A stretch of 64,000 nt of DNA from the human T2T-CHM13v2.0 reference genome, Homo sapiens. The notes beneath the pieces were generated by a model. The model made no database searches and was not told the DNA's origin. It saw only the letters and a program-made list of their open reading frames with translations. The position numbers and the translations under genes were made by a program. Position 1 is the stretch's first letter. Every line of letters begins with the position of its first letter. Location of the stretch: assembly GCF_009914755.1 (NCBI RefSeq), contig NC_060927.1. One strand, written 5' to 3'. Shown piece after piece: positions 17,601 to 31,859 of this stretch.

Positions 17601-20600
17601 CCTTCCCTCCCTCCCTTCCCTCCCTTCCTTCCCTCCCTTCCTTCCCTCCCTTCCTTCCCTCCCTTCCTTCCCTTCCCTCCCTCCCTTCCCTCCCTCCCTT
17701 CCCTCCCTTCCTTCCCTTCCCTTCCTTCCCTACCCTCCCTTCCCTCCCTTCCTTCCCTTCCCTCCCTTCCTTCCCTCCCTTCCTTCCCTCCCTTCCTTCC
17801 CTCCCTTCCTTCCCTTCCCTCCCTCCCTTCCCTCCCTCCCTTCCCTCCCTTCCTTCCTTCCCTTCCTTCCCTACCCTCCCTTCCCTCCCTTCCTTCCCTC
17901 CCTTCCTTCCCTTCCCTCCCTCCCTCCCTCCCTTCCCTCCCTTCCTTCCCTCCCTTCCTTCCCTTCCCTCCCTCCCTTCCCTCCCTCCCTTCCCTCCCTT
18001 CCTTCCCTTCCCTTCCTTCCCTACCCTCCCTTCCCTCCCTTCCTTCCCTCCCTTCCTTCCCTTCCCTCCCTCCCTTCCCTCCCTTCCTTCCCTCCCTTCC
18101 TTCCCTCCCTTCCTTCCCTTCCCTTCCTTCCTTCCCTCCCTTCCTTCCCTCCCTTCCTTCCCTCCCTTCCTTCCCTTCCCTCCCTCCCTTCCCTCCCTTC
18201 CTTCCTTCCCTTCCTTCCCTACCCTCCCTTCCCTCCCTTCCTTCCCTTCCCTCCTCCCTTCCCTCCCTTCCTTCCCTCCCTTCCTTCCCTTCCCTCCCTC
18301 CCTTCCCTCCCTTCCTTCCCTCCCTTCCTTCCTTCCCTCCCTTCCTTCCCTCCCTTCCTTCCCTTCCCTTCCTTCCCTACCCTCCCTTCCCTCCCTTCCT
18401 TCCCTTCCCTCCCTTCCTTCCCTCCCTTCCTTCCCTCCCTTCCTTCCCTCCCTTCCTTCCCTCCCTCCTCCCTCCCTCCTTCCCTCCCTCCCTTCCCTTC
18501 CCTCCCTTCCTTCCCTTCCCTCCCTTCCTTCCCTCCCTTCCTTCCCTCCCTTCCTTCCCTCCCTTCCTTCCCTCCCTTCCTTCCCTCCCTTCCTCTTCCT
18601 TCCCTCCCTCCCTTCCCTCCCTTCCTTCCCTCCCTTCCTTCCCTTCCCTCCCTCCCTTCCCTCCCTCCTTCCCTCCCTCCCTTCCCTCCCTTCCTTCCCT
18701 CCCTTCCTTCCCTCCCTTCCTTCCCTCCCTTCCTTCCCTTCCCTCCCTCCCTTCCCTCCCTCCCTCCCTTCCTTCCCTTCCCTTCCTTCCCTACCCTCCC
18801 TTCCCTCCCTTCCTTCCCTCCCTTCCTTCCCTTCCCTCCCTCCCTTCCCTTTCCTTCCCTCCCTTCCTTCCCTCCCTTCCTTCCCTTCCCTCCCTCCCTT
18901 CCCTCCCTCCCTTCCCTCCCTTCCTTCCCTTCCCTTCCTTCCCTACCCTCCCTTCCCTCCCTTCCTTCCCTCCCTTCCTTCCCTTCCCTCCCTCCCTTCC
19001 CTCCCTTCCTTCCCTCCCTTCCTTCCCTCCCTTCCTTCCCTTCCCTTCCTTCCTTCCCTCCCTTCCTTCCCTCCCTTCCTTCCCTCCCTTCCTTCCCTTC
19101 CCTCCCTCCCTTCCCTCCCTTCCTTCCCTTCCCTTCCTTCCCTACCCTCCCTTCCCTCCCTTCCTTCCCTTCCCTCCCTCCCTTCCCTCCCTTCCTTCCC
19201 TCCCTTCCTTCCCTTCCCTCCCTCCCTTCCCTCCCTTCCTTCCCTCCCTTCCTTCCCTTCCCTCCCTTCCTTCCTCCCTTCCTTCCCTTCCCTTCCTTCC
19301 CTACCCTCCCTTCCCTCCCTTCCTTCCCTTCCCTCCCTTCCTTCCCTCCCTTCCTTCCCTCCCTTCCTTCCCTCCCTTCCTTCCCTCCCTCCCTCCCTTC
19401 CCTCCCTCCCTTCCCTCCCTTCCTTCCCTTCCCTTCCTTCCCTACCCTCCCTTCCCTCCCTTCCTTCCCTCCCTTCCTTCCCTTCCCTCCCTCCCTTCCC
19501 TCCCTTCCTTCCCTCCCTTCCTTCCCTCCCTTCCTTCCCTCCCTTCCTTCCCTTCCCTCCCTCCCTTCCCTCCCTTCCTTCCCTCCCTTCCTTCCCTTCC
19601 CTCCCTCCCTTCCCTCCCTTCCTTCCCTCCCTTCCTTCCCTACCCTCCCTTCCCTCCCTTCCTTCCCTTCCCTCCCTTCCTTCCCTCCCTTCCTTCCCTT
19701 CCCTCCCTCCCCTCCCTTCCCTCCCTCCCCTCCCTCCCTTCCTTCCTTCCTTTCCTTCCTTTCCTTCCTTCCTTCCCCCCTCCCTCCCCTCCCTTCCCTC
19801 CCTCCCCTCCCTCCCTTCCTTCTCCCTTCCCTTCCTTCCCTTCCTTCCCTCCCTTCCTTCCCTTCCCTTCCTTCCCTTCCCTTCCCTCCCTTCCTTCCCT
19901 TCCCTCCCTCCCTTCCCTCCCTTCCTTCCCTCCCTTCCTTCCCTCCCTCCCTTCCCTCCCTCCCTTCCCTTCCCTTCCCTCCCTCCCTTCCCTCCCTTCC
20001 TTCCCTCCCTTCCTTCCCTCCCTTCCTCCCTCCCTCCCTCCTTCCCTCCCTTCCTCCCTCCCTCCCTTCCCTTCCCTCCCTTCCCTCCCTCCCTTCCCTC
20101 CCTTCCCTCCCTACCCTCCCTTCCCTCCCTTCCTTCCCTCCCCTTCCTTCCCTCCCTTCCTTCCCTTCCCTCCCTTCCTTCCCTTCCCTCCCTCCCCTCC
20201 CTTCCCTCCCTCCCCTCCCTCCCTTCCTTCCTTCCTTTCCTTCCTTTCCTTCCTTCCTTCCCTTCCCTCCCTCCCCTCCCTTCCCTCCCTTCCCTCCCTC
20301 CCTTCCCTTCCCTTCCCTCTTCCTCCCTTCCTCCCTCCCTTCCTTCCCTTCCCTCCCTCCCTTCCCTCCCTTCCTTCCCTTCCCTCCCTCCCTTCCCTCC
20401 CTTCCTTCCCTCCCTTCCTTCCCTTCCCTCCCTCCCTTCCCTCCCTTCCTTCCCTCCCTTCCTTCCCTCCCTTCCTTCCCTCCCTTCCTTCCCTACCCTC
20501 CCTTCCCTCCCTTCCTTCCCTTCCCTCCCTTCCTTCCCTCCCTTCCTTCCCTTCCCTCCCTTCCTTCCCTTCCCTCCCTCCCCTCCCTTCCCTCCCTCCC

Positions 20601-21074
20601 CTCCCTCCCTTCCTTCCCTTCCTTTCCTTCCTTTCCTTCCTTCCTTCCCTTCCCTCCCTCCCCTCCCTTCCCTCCCTTCCCTCCCTCCCTTCCCTTCCCT
20701 TCCCTCCCTTCCCTCCCTTCCCTCCCTCCCTTCCCTCCCTTCCTTCCCTTCCTTTCCTTCCTTTCCTTCCTTCCTTCCCTTCCCTCCCTCCCCTCCCTTC
20801 CCTCCCTCCCCTCCCTCCCTTCCTTCCCTTCCTTTCCTTCCTTTCCTTCCTTCCTTCCCTTCCCTCCCTCCCCTCCCTTCCCTCCCTTCCCTCCCTCCCT
20901 TCCCTTCCCTTCCCTCCCTTCCCTCCCTTCCCTCCCTCCCTTCCCTCCCTTCCTTCCCTTCCTTTCCTTCCTTTCCTTCCTTCCTTCCCTTCCCTCCCTT
21001 CCTTCCCTCCCTTCCCTTCCCTTCCTTCCCTTCCTTCCTTCCCTTCCTTCCCTTCCTTCTCTTCCTTCCTTCCC
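14612..21074. repeat. ~6.46 kb polypyrimidine/polypurine compound microsatellite (CCTT, CCCT, CCCTT, rare CCCTA) in PAK2 intron 8
   Basis: + strand has only C/T apart from about 30 A's, all in CCTACC context; no G; abuts poly-T 21075-21096. Confidence 0.99.
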
Positions 21075-21235
21075 TTTTTTTTTTTTTTTTTTTTTTGGCG
21101 GAGTCTGTCACTCAGGCTGGAGTGCAGTGACATAATCTCAGCTCACTGCAACCTCTGCCTCCCGGGTTCAAACGATTCTTCTGCCTCAGCCTCCCAAAGT
21201 GTTGGGATTACAGGTGTGAGCCACTGCACCAGGCC
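21075..21235 (-). mobile_element. Antisense AluS collapsed to a hybrid monomer; its tail abuts the giant repeat
   Basis: Poly-T, then right-arm sequence (gcaacctctgcctcccgggttcaa) joined at gcctcagcctccc to left-arm sequence (caaagtgttgggattacaggtgtgagccac). Confidence 0.85.
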
Positions 21236-21907
21236 TGAATTTCTTCCTAACAGCTAAATTCAATTGCAGCACTGGTTTTATGAAAGAGAATTGAAGATTA
21301 TCTTACTATTTTTGAGCATGAATGAACAAGCAATACCTATCCATATGGATGACCATCACAAATCCAGTGTTGAGTCACAAAAGCAAGTTGCAGAATAATA
21401 TGTGAAATGAAACTATATGACGTTTAAAAATTAGACAAAGTATATTTTATAGGGATACATATCTGCGTCCTTTGTAGTTAAAAGTATGGAGAAATGCATG
21501 AAAATGATGAACACCAAATACAGGATAAACACCACATACAGATCACCTTTGGGAGGAAGGAGACTGCTGTCGGAAAGGGCTTATGGGAATCTTCAAATTA
21601 TTTACAGTTATTTGTATCTTAATCAGGGAAGTGTATCCTTAAGTATATGTTATATAATTTTTTTCCTGCTCTTTTTTCCCTACATTTTTGTAGGTCTGAA
21701 ATATTTCACACATAAGTTTTGCCGTAAGGATTGTCTCTTTCTTCCCCCACCCCCTTTCCTCAGGTTTTTGCTTTTACTCCTTTTAAGCACGTTAGGTCAT
21801 CCTGTTCTTTAATTCTTTTTCAATTGCTTGAAGTGTAAAGTCTTTGGATATTGCAAATGCTAGTGATTTATCAACCTTAAATCTGGTTGTGTGTTTTCTC
21901 CCTCTAG

Positions 21908-21956
21908 GGCTTCTGGTACAGTTTTCACTGCTACTGACGTTGCACTGGGACAGGAG
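21908..21956 (+). CDS. PAK2: PAK2 exon 9 (49 nt), second half of the Gly-rich loop
   Basis: cctctag|G GCT TCT GGT...CAG GAG|gtagtt; ASGTVFTATDVALGQE. Confidence 0.96.
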
Positions 21957-22427
21957 GTAGTTACTTTGTTGTAATCCTGGGTGTTACCATTATTTTGTCA
22001 TATAGGTGGAAACTAGATGAAGCTGGGAAGAAGCAATAGGAACCTCTTTTAAGTTGAGCCCGTTGTAAGAATCGCTCTACGTATGTTTATAGCACTTCTG
22101 TCAGTAAGGCGGGGAAGGACTTATGAGTTCAATGTCATAAATAAGCAAATACTTAAAAATTGTTTCCTCAGCTTGAAGTGAAAAGAGGATTAATTCTTAG
22201 TATTGGACTGACTGTGGGTGTATTAATCAACTTCAAGATAAATCTAAAACTAGGTTCTAAACATTACAAAGCATTGTGCACAGGCAGTGTGCAAGGCAAG
22301 GTGCCACCTGGGAGTAATAGCATGGTGTAATACAGTACACGTACCGTGAGTTATCAACTGCTTGGGGTTTGTAATTTTCTAAGAGAATTCCTAAACCTGG
22401 TTTTTTTCAATCCTGTTTTCATTATAG

Positions 22428-22540
22428 GTTGCTATCAAACAAATTAATTTACAGAAACAGCCAAAGAAGGAACTGATCATTAACGAGATTCTGGTGATGA
22501 AAGAATTGAAAAATCCCAACATCGTTAACTTTTTGGACAG
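22428..22540 (+). CDS. PAK2: PAK2 exon 10, VAIK catalytic lysine and alphaC helix
   Basis: attatag|GTT GCT ATC AAA...GAC AG|gtaagt; [37 protein letters not shown](S); 113 nt. Confidence 0.97.
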
Positions 22541-22918
22541 GTAAGTATGACTATTCCTTAAACACCGGGAGAAAATGTAGAAATTTTAAGTCTCATGGTT
22601 TCGGGGGTGGGGCTGGCCACTTTGGAATAAACTGTCAGTGCCGAGAAATAAGATGGAAGAAAGAAGAGGAGAGGTAAAAATAGCACAGTGCAGTTTTAGA
22701 AGGTCCTTCTCTGCAAGGACATCACTTGGCAGGTGAGAGAAGGCAGTTAATTGAAGGCCATAGCTGGTGGTGTTTATACTCATCGCAAACGACCTGAAGC
22801 GAACACATGAATGGTTGGCTGTGATTCGTGTCTTGACTGACAGAGGGGACTGGTTACATGGTTTTTAAACTTGTGGATCAATTTTTATTTCAAATGCTAT
22901 CCTTCATGGACAAATTTA

Positions 22919-23248
<330 letters not shown>

Positions 23249-23377
23249 TTATAGGTGATTTTCTTCCATATTTAAATTTGTTTAGAATGAGGAAAAAATA
23301 ATGTTTAGAGACTTTATCCCTAGTTATGGAGAACATGTTCATAGAAATAAACTTTTCAGGCTAGGCACGGTAGCTCA

Positions 23378-23697
<320 letters not shown>

Positions 23698-23704
23698 TCA
23701 AGTC

Positions 23705-23905
23705 AGCATAGTGTGGTGGTTAAGATAAGCCAGGGGCTTCGGAATCGTTGATCCTTGGCTTCATATTCTGGTTCTGTCACTTCCTATTAATAGCTGTGTG
23801 CCCTTGGATGAGTCACTTCACCTCTCCAAGCCTTTGTCTGTTTATCTCTAAAACAGGACTAGTAATTTCTATATTGTAGGGTTATTTTAATCAGAATGAG
23901 CTATG
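23705..23905 (+). mobile_element. MIR
   Basis: cagcatagtgtggtggttaag...gctgtgtgcccttggatgagtcacttcacctctccaagcct...tctctaaaacagg. Confidence 0.7.
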
Positions 23906-24113
23906 TGCATACTCAAACTACAGTTGTGGGCAAACTGTAACTTTAAAATGATTCAGGATCATAACTTCAGTTATTTTTCTGTGCTGTTACGTAGCAGCTT
24001 TCCAGTTTTCTTCCTAACTCTCAAGCTACCAGCTCTAGTTTTATTGTTAGGGTGTTTAATATTTGAATTCTTCAACATAGAATACCATGTGTTTAGGAAA
24101 AATAAAAGTGTGA

Positions 24114-24275
<162 letters not shown>

Positions 24276-24762
24276 TGATATGTTATGGTGATATGTGGTT
24301 AGCAAGAAGTGAACAAAAGGAAATTTTTCTGCACAGGTAATTGTTATTGTGGGAGGTGCTTTCTCTGTATACATTCTCTGCAAATTACTCCATCTCCATG
24401 CCATTTCATCCTACACAGGAGTTTCAGCCCTTTCCTTCAGGTATAAGATAATTTGGGAATGAATTGTGGACCTTTGAAGATCCAGATTCACAAGGAAATT
24501 CTGGTAGAGTGATGATGATCATTTACCATCCAAACAGGACACTTTTGAGAGTAAAAGGGTATATATCATTAGAAATACACCACTCAGGCTGGGCGCGGTG
24601 GCTCACGCCTGTAATCCCAGCACTTTGGGAGGCCGAGGTGGGTGGATCACAAGGTCAGGAGATCGAGACCATCCTGGCTAACACGGTGAAACCCTGTCTC
24701 TACTAAAAATACAAAAAAATTAGCCGGGCGTGTTGGCAGGTACCTGTAGTCCCAGCTACTCA

Positions 24763-24927
<165 letters not shown>

Positions 24928-24930
24928 CTA

Positions 24931-25176
<246 letters not shown>

Positions 25177-25390
25177 TCAAAAAAAAAAAAAAAGAGGCTG
25201 GGTACAGTGTCTCTCGCCTGTAATACCAGCACTTTGGGAGGCCGAGGCGGGCAGATCATGAGGTCAAGAGATTGAGACCATCCTGACCAACACGGTGAAA
25301 CCCCGTCTCTACTAAAAATACAAAAATTAGCTGGGTGTGGTGGTACGCGCCTGTAGTCTCAGCTACTCGGGAGGCTGAGACGGGAGATTA

Positions 25391-25504
<114 letters not shown>

Positions 25505-26836
25505 TCAACCGTGGAAACTAGAACTATCTCAGGTCAAGCAGGACACTTATTTGCCTTCAGTATCAATAAGTCTGTGCCTGGCTTCATTGAGTTCACTAAT
25601 GGTGAAGAAACCGGTTATTTCTTTATATTCATTAATGAATTTCTAGACATATTATTAGCTTAAACCAGTAGAATTCTGCCAAATTGCCAATTTAAGCCAA
25701 AAATAAGCCTTCTTTTTTCCACCTATATCTGAGCTTTTTCTACAGATAAGATTTGGGCTAATGGTTTGCTTATTGTCATTGAAACTTCTAATGTCATAGG
25801 AATCACTGTCACAAAGGGCAAAACTTTAAGTTTATAAGACTATATTGTGTTTTCTATGATTTGGCTTTCAGCAGTTCTTCAGTGACATGTGAATTACAAA
25901 CTTTGTTCATGTAAGGATGATACATATATATTTCCCTTTTCCATCTGTCATTAAGGTGTTAAAAATATTAAAATTTTAATTCTGATTTGTGTTCTACCTG
26001 AGGAATAGTACCTCTTTGGTAGAAGGGAGGAAATAAGAACTCTTGAATAGAATATTAATAGAATATGATAGTCCTTAACAATGCATGCTTGGTCACTGAA
26101 AAGCTGATAAAAACAAGAATTTACCTATTTATACTTAATTTTGTTTTTTCTAATACATTTCTTTGTAATTGATATAAAAATTAATTTTGGAAGTTCCTCT
26201 AATTTGGGTTTTCTTTTGTGTGCCAGAACTTTTAAACTGTGACGAGTTTGTTTCTATTTATTTGTACAAGTATTTTCTGGAGCTTTGAATCTGATGATTG
26301 CCTGGTAAATGTATTGCGGTAACACCCAATTTATCTGTTTTTCCTTGAATGAATAGTAGAAGATTTTGGATGAGATTTTTAGTTGTACAGACTTTGTTCT
26401 CCTCTGATGGGAGTAAGAAATAAAAGCACAGCTAACTTACACCCGTAGTTCAAAAACACAAGAGTGAGCAGATTTTTAAAACGTCATCTCGTTCTCGTTT
26501 GTAAGGAAAGGAGTAGTTTACCCCCACTTTGTGACTCAGTGCTCTCTGAAATATGGCATAAGAGGAAAGTTATTCTTGCATCATTCATGTCCAAGTTGTA
26601 GATACAGCTTAATATAAAATCGGGCACTGAAGAACATCTTCTTTCTGATGAACAGCTAAGTGGAACCAGGCCACCCAGAATCTTACCCGCTTCTCAGTGG
26701 CTCACATTGATTAGCCTTCTGAGTATCTCATGTTCAAATGGGAATGATCAAGGTTTTTTCATTACTGTTGAAAAGATTTCTGAGGAGCCTGTGCATGTTT
26801 ACCAAGTGTTGTATACCTTTAGGCATTTAAACCTGA

Positions 26837-27163
<327 letters not shown>

Positions 27164-27622
27164 TGAGCAGCTGGGGTTACAGGTGCACACCACCACACCC
27201 AGCTGTTTTCTTTGTATTTTTAGCAGACACAGGGTTTCACCATGTTGGCCAGGCTGGTCTCGAACTGCTGACCTCAGGTGATCCACCCGCCTCGGTCTCC
27301 CAAAGTGCTGGGATTACAGAAGTGAGCCACCATGCCTGGCCTCCCCTGGCTAATTTTTGTATTTTTTAGTAGAGATGGGGTTTTGCCATGTTGGCCAGGC
27401 TGGTCTTGAATTCCTGCCCTCAAGTGATCTGCCTGTCTCACCCGGCCAGGAGGCAAGACATTATACAGACCCAGCTAAACAATGTCTCTGAGTAAGATCA
27501 GAGGGTAGGAGCGGATCTACTGACTTTTTAAAAAATTTTATTTTCTTATATAAAACTTTAAGGAGGAGATCTAATTACTTTTCATAACTTTGTATATAAG
27601 AGAGGATGTTTTTTCTTTATAA

Positions 27623-27850
<228 letters not shown>

Positions 27851-28454
27851 TAACAAATGGACAATTCACAATCATTTATTATAATTTTCTGCCTTTTGTT
27901 TAATTAAAAACTTTTCTTGACCAATGCAAGGATTAATAATGATTTAATATAGGAAGAGGTGAGACCTTTGAAAACTGAGTGATCCTCTGAGGGTTTTAAC
28001 TAATCAGTGCCAGAGAAAGGACTCGCTGGATAAGACATTACCTAATAATTACCACTAGATAAGACATTATTAGGTAATGTCTTGTCTTGTCTTTTTGAGA
28101 TGGAGGTTTGCTCTTGTTGCCCAGGCTGGAGTGCAACCTCCGCCTCCTGGGTTCAAGCGATTCTCCTGCCTCAGCCTCCTGAGTAGCTGGGATTACAGGT
28201 GTGCACCACCACACCCAGCTAATTTTTGTGTTTTTAGTAAAGACGGGGTTTCTCCACATTGGTCAGGCTGGTCTCTAGCTACTGAACTCAGGTATCTTCC
28301 CGCCTCAGCCTCCCAAAGTGCTGGGATTACAGGCGTGAGCCACCGCGGCTGGCCATGATTGCTTATTTTTAAGTAATCTTAATGGGGAAGCTCTCATACA
28401 TTTTTGGTGAATACACATGAAAATGAATTAAACTTTTGGATGACATTTTTTTTT

Positions 28455-28650
28455 TCTGGCTCTGCCATTTACTAAGTGAATAACCTTGGATAAGTTGTCT
28501 TTATGCCTCAGTATTCCTATTTGTAAAATGGGAATAATTGTAATAATAAATGTACCTTTCTCATAGGGTTACCATGCGGATTAAATATTTTAATTCTTAT
28601 AAGGTACTTAAACAGTATCTGGATTGTTTTAAGTACTCATTTTAGCTATA
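28455..28650 (+). mobile_element. MIR
   Basis: ctggctctgccatttactaag...accttggataagtt...gcctcagtattcctatttgtaaaatgggaataat. Confidence 0.7.
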
Positions 28651-28838
28651 AATATTGTTTGACCTAACTGTTACTCTTGTAGAATTCTCTCCTGTAGAAT
28701 TTCTGAACTTACATACCGCAGTAAGTACAAGGATGTTCTCTGCAATATTGTAAAGAAAAACCAAAACTATCTTAAGTGTTGAGCAGTAAGGGAATAATTA
28801 CATGGATTATTATATTTTTATATTCTGTATAGTTTTTA

Positions 28839-29021
<183 letters not shown>

Positions 29022-30001
29022 TCAGGAGGCTGAGGCAGGAGGATGGCTTGAGCACAGGAGGCAGAGGTTGCCGTGAGCCGAAATTGCTCTACTGCACACA
29101 GCGTGGGCAACAGAGTGAAACCCTGTGACAAAAAATTTTAAAATAAAAAATTTTTTAAATAGGCAGATGTACTAATATGGAAAGATCTCAAGAAATGGTT
29201 TTACCAAAGTTTACAGAGTATCCTGATTGGTAATACAAACCAAACCGTTCATAGATATTATTCATGCATATGTACATGCATAACCAACAGTCTAAAGCTT
29301 ACAAACCTAAATTTTAACAGTAGTCACATATGAAATGGAATGGGTTTAACAGTATAAGAAAGAATTCTAAATACTAATCCTGACTTTTCCACTAAATGAA
29401 CATTGAGTACTACACTAGGCATCCTGCACCTCCATTACAGGTGAGATTGAGAAGATAATGCTGGTGGCGACCTTAGGCTCTCTGCTGAGATGATGGATGT
29501 TTAGTGATTCTGGCTTCTGTTTGTTTTATTCAAAAATAGTTTACAGCTGGGTGTGATGGCGCACACTTGTAATCCCAACACTTTGGGAGGCCAAGGTGGG
29601 AAGATCCCTCCCATGTTGCCCAGGAGTTCAAGACCAGCCTAGGCAACACAGGGGGACTCTGTCTCTACAAAAAATTTTAAAAATTAAACAAAATTAAAAG
29701 ACAAAGTAGTTTCCATGACCTGACCTTTACCTGATTCACTGCATTTAGTTTTGGTGTCTACTTTTGCTTTACTTTTTCGTAGACCTCTTTCAGTTTTATT
29801 AAATTTTTTAGGATAGAATGAATTATTCAGAATAAAAGGCCTCCTGATAATTTGGACTCTGTGGCAAGTAAAAGTAAAATGTGAGAGTGTGTTACATCAT
29901 GAAAATATTTTTAAACTCATTCTGGTTTACTTTATTAATGAAATCTTTAAAAACAAGAGGCCTAATAGTCAAAATATAATTAATTACATAATCTGAAGTG
30001 A

Positions 30002-30262
<261 letters not shown>

Positions 30263-30538
30263 TGAGTTAAACACCAGCCTTGTTCAATGTTTTTCTTTGA
30301 AACTCTTATTTAGAACTTGCACGTGCCTGGCACTGTCCAAGAATTTAAAGTAGAAGGTTGATAAAACCTAATCTCTGCCCCTAACTCTGCATCTAGAAAT
30401 CATTTGCTCTCTGAGTTACAAATTAATGTGTTAGGTGAAGACTTTGTAGGTTTTTAGTAGTAAGCTGTATTGTTTTGTATTTTACGTAGGAAGTTTGGAG
30501 CACCTGTCTCTAAAGCTTCTCCTTCTTTTATTTTTTAA

Positions 30539-30652
<114 letters not shown>

Positions 30653-31208
30653 TGAGTAGCTGGGACTATGGGTGCGTGCCACCACACCCAGCTGATTTTT
30701 GTACTTTTCATAGAGACGGGGTCTCTCCATGTTGGGTCAGGCTGGTCTCAAATTCTTGACCTCAGTTGATCCACTCGCCTCGGCTTCCCAAAGTGCTGGC
30801 ATTACAGGTGTGAACAACTGCACCTGGCCACTTCTCTTTTTTTTAAATTACCATATGTGGCTCAACATTATCAGTTATTAAGGAAATGTAAATCAAAACC
30901 TCAACAATCAGAGGCTGAGGCAAGAGAATTGCTTGAACCCAGGAGGTGGCAGTTGCGGTGAGCCAAGATAGCACTACTGCACTCCAGCCTGGGCGACAGG
31001 GTGAGACTCTGTCTCAGCAAAAAACAACAAAAAACCCCACCACAACAGGATAACACTTCACAACTACTAGAATGGCTGTACTCAAAAAGACAATTAATAA
31101 ATATTGGTGACCGGGTGCGGTGGCTTACACCTGTAGTCCCAGCACTTTGGGAGGCTGGGGTTGGAAGTTCAAGATCAGCCTGACCAACATGGAGAAACCC
31201 CATCTTTA

Positions 31209-31424
<216 letters not shown>

Positions 31425-31859
31425 TCATTGCAAAATATAAAATGGTACATCTGCTTTGGAAAACAACTTGACAATTCTGTGTGAAGTTAATACGGAATTA
31501 CCAGATGACCTAGCGGTTCCTCTGCTGGGTACAGAGCCAAGAGAATTAAAATCATACATCCATACAGAAACCTTCATGCAGCCACAGAAGTGGAAATAAT
31601 TCAAACCTGGTGAACAGTGGAATATTATTTGGTCATAGAAAGGAAGGAAGTGCCAATCCGTGTTACAGCATTGAACCTTGAGAGTACTGTGCTAAGTGAA
31701 AGAAGCCGAACAACAGATGGCAGCAGATTCTGACCGTCTGTTTCCTGAATGCTTTTCATCCAGTTGCCAAAGATTCCAGTTTATGTGGGCCGTTAAAGTA
31801 CTTCTATAGAGGTGATTAGTTTAGACCACTTTTCAGAATGACATTAAAGCCCTCTAATG

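Noticed and set aside
18943-21133. 722-aa and 340-aa G/R/E/K-rich minus-strand ORFs
   Set aside because: They are translations of the purine strand of the same repeat, starting inside an Alu.
14607-21257. 2216-aa ORF as a genuine protein-coding gene (extensin- or mucin-like)
   Set aside because: It is open only because the C/T repeat cannot encode stops; all three frames are open, it ends in Alu sequence, and it lies within a PAK2 intron.
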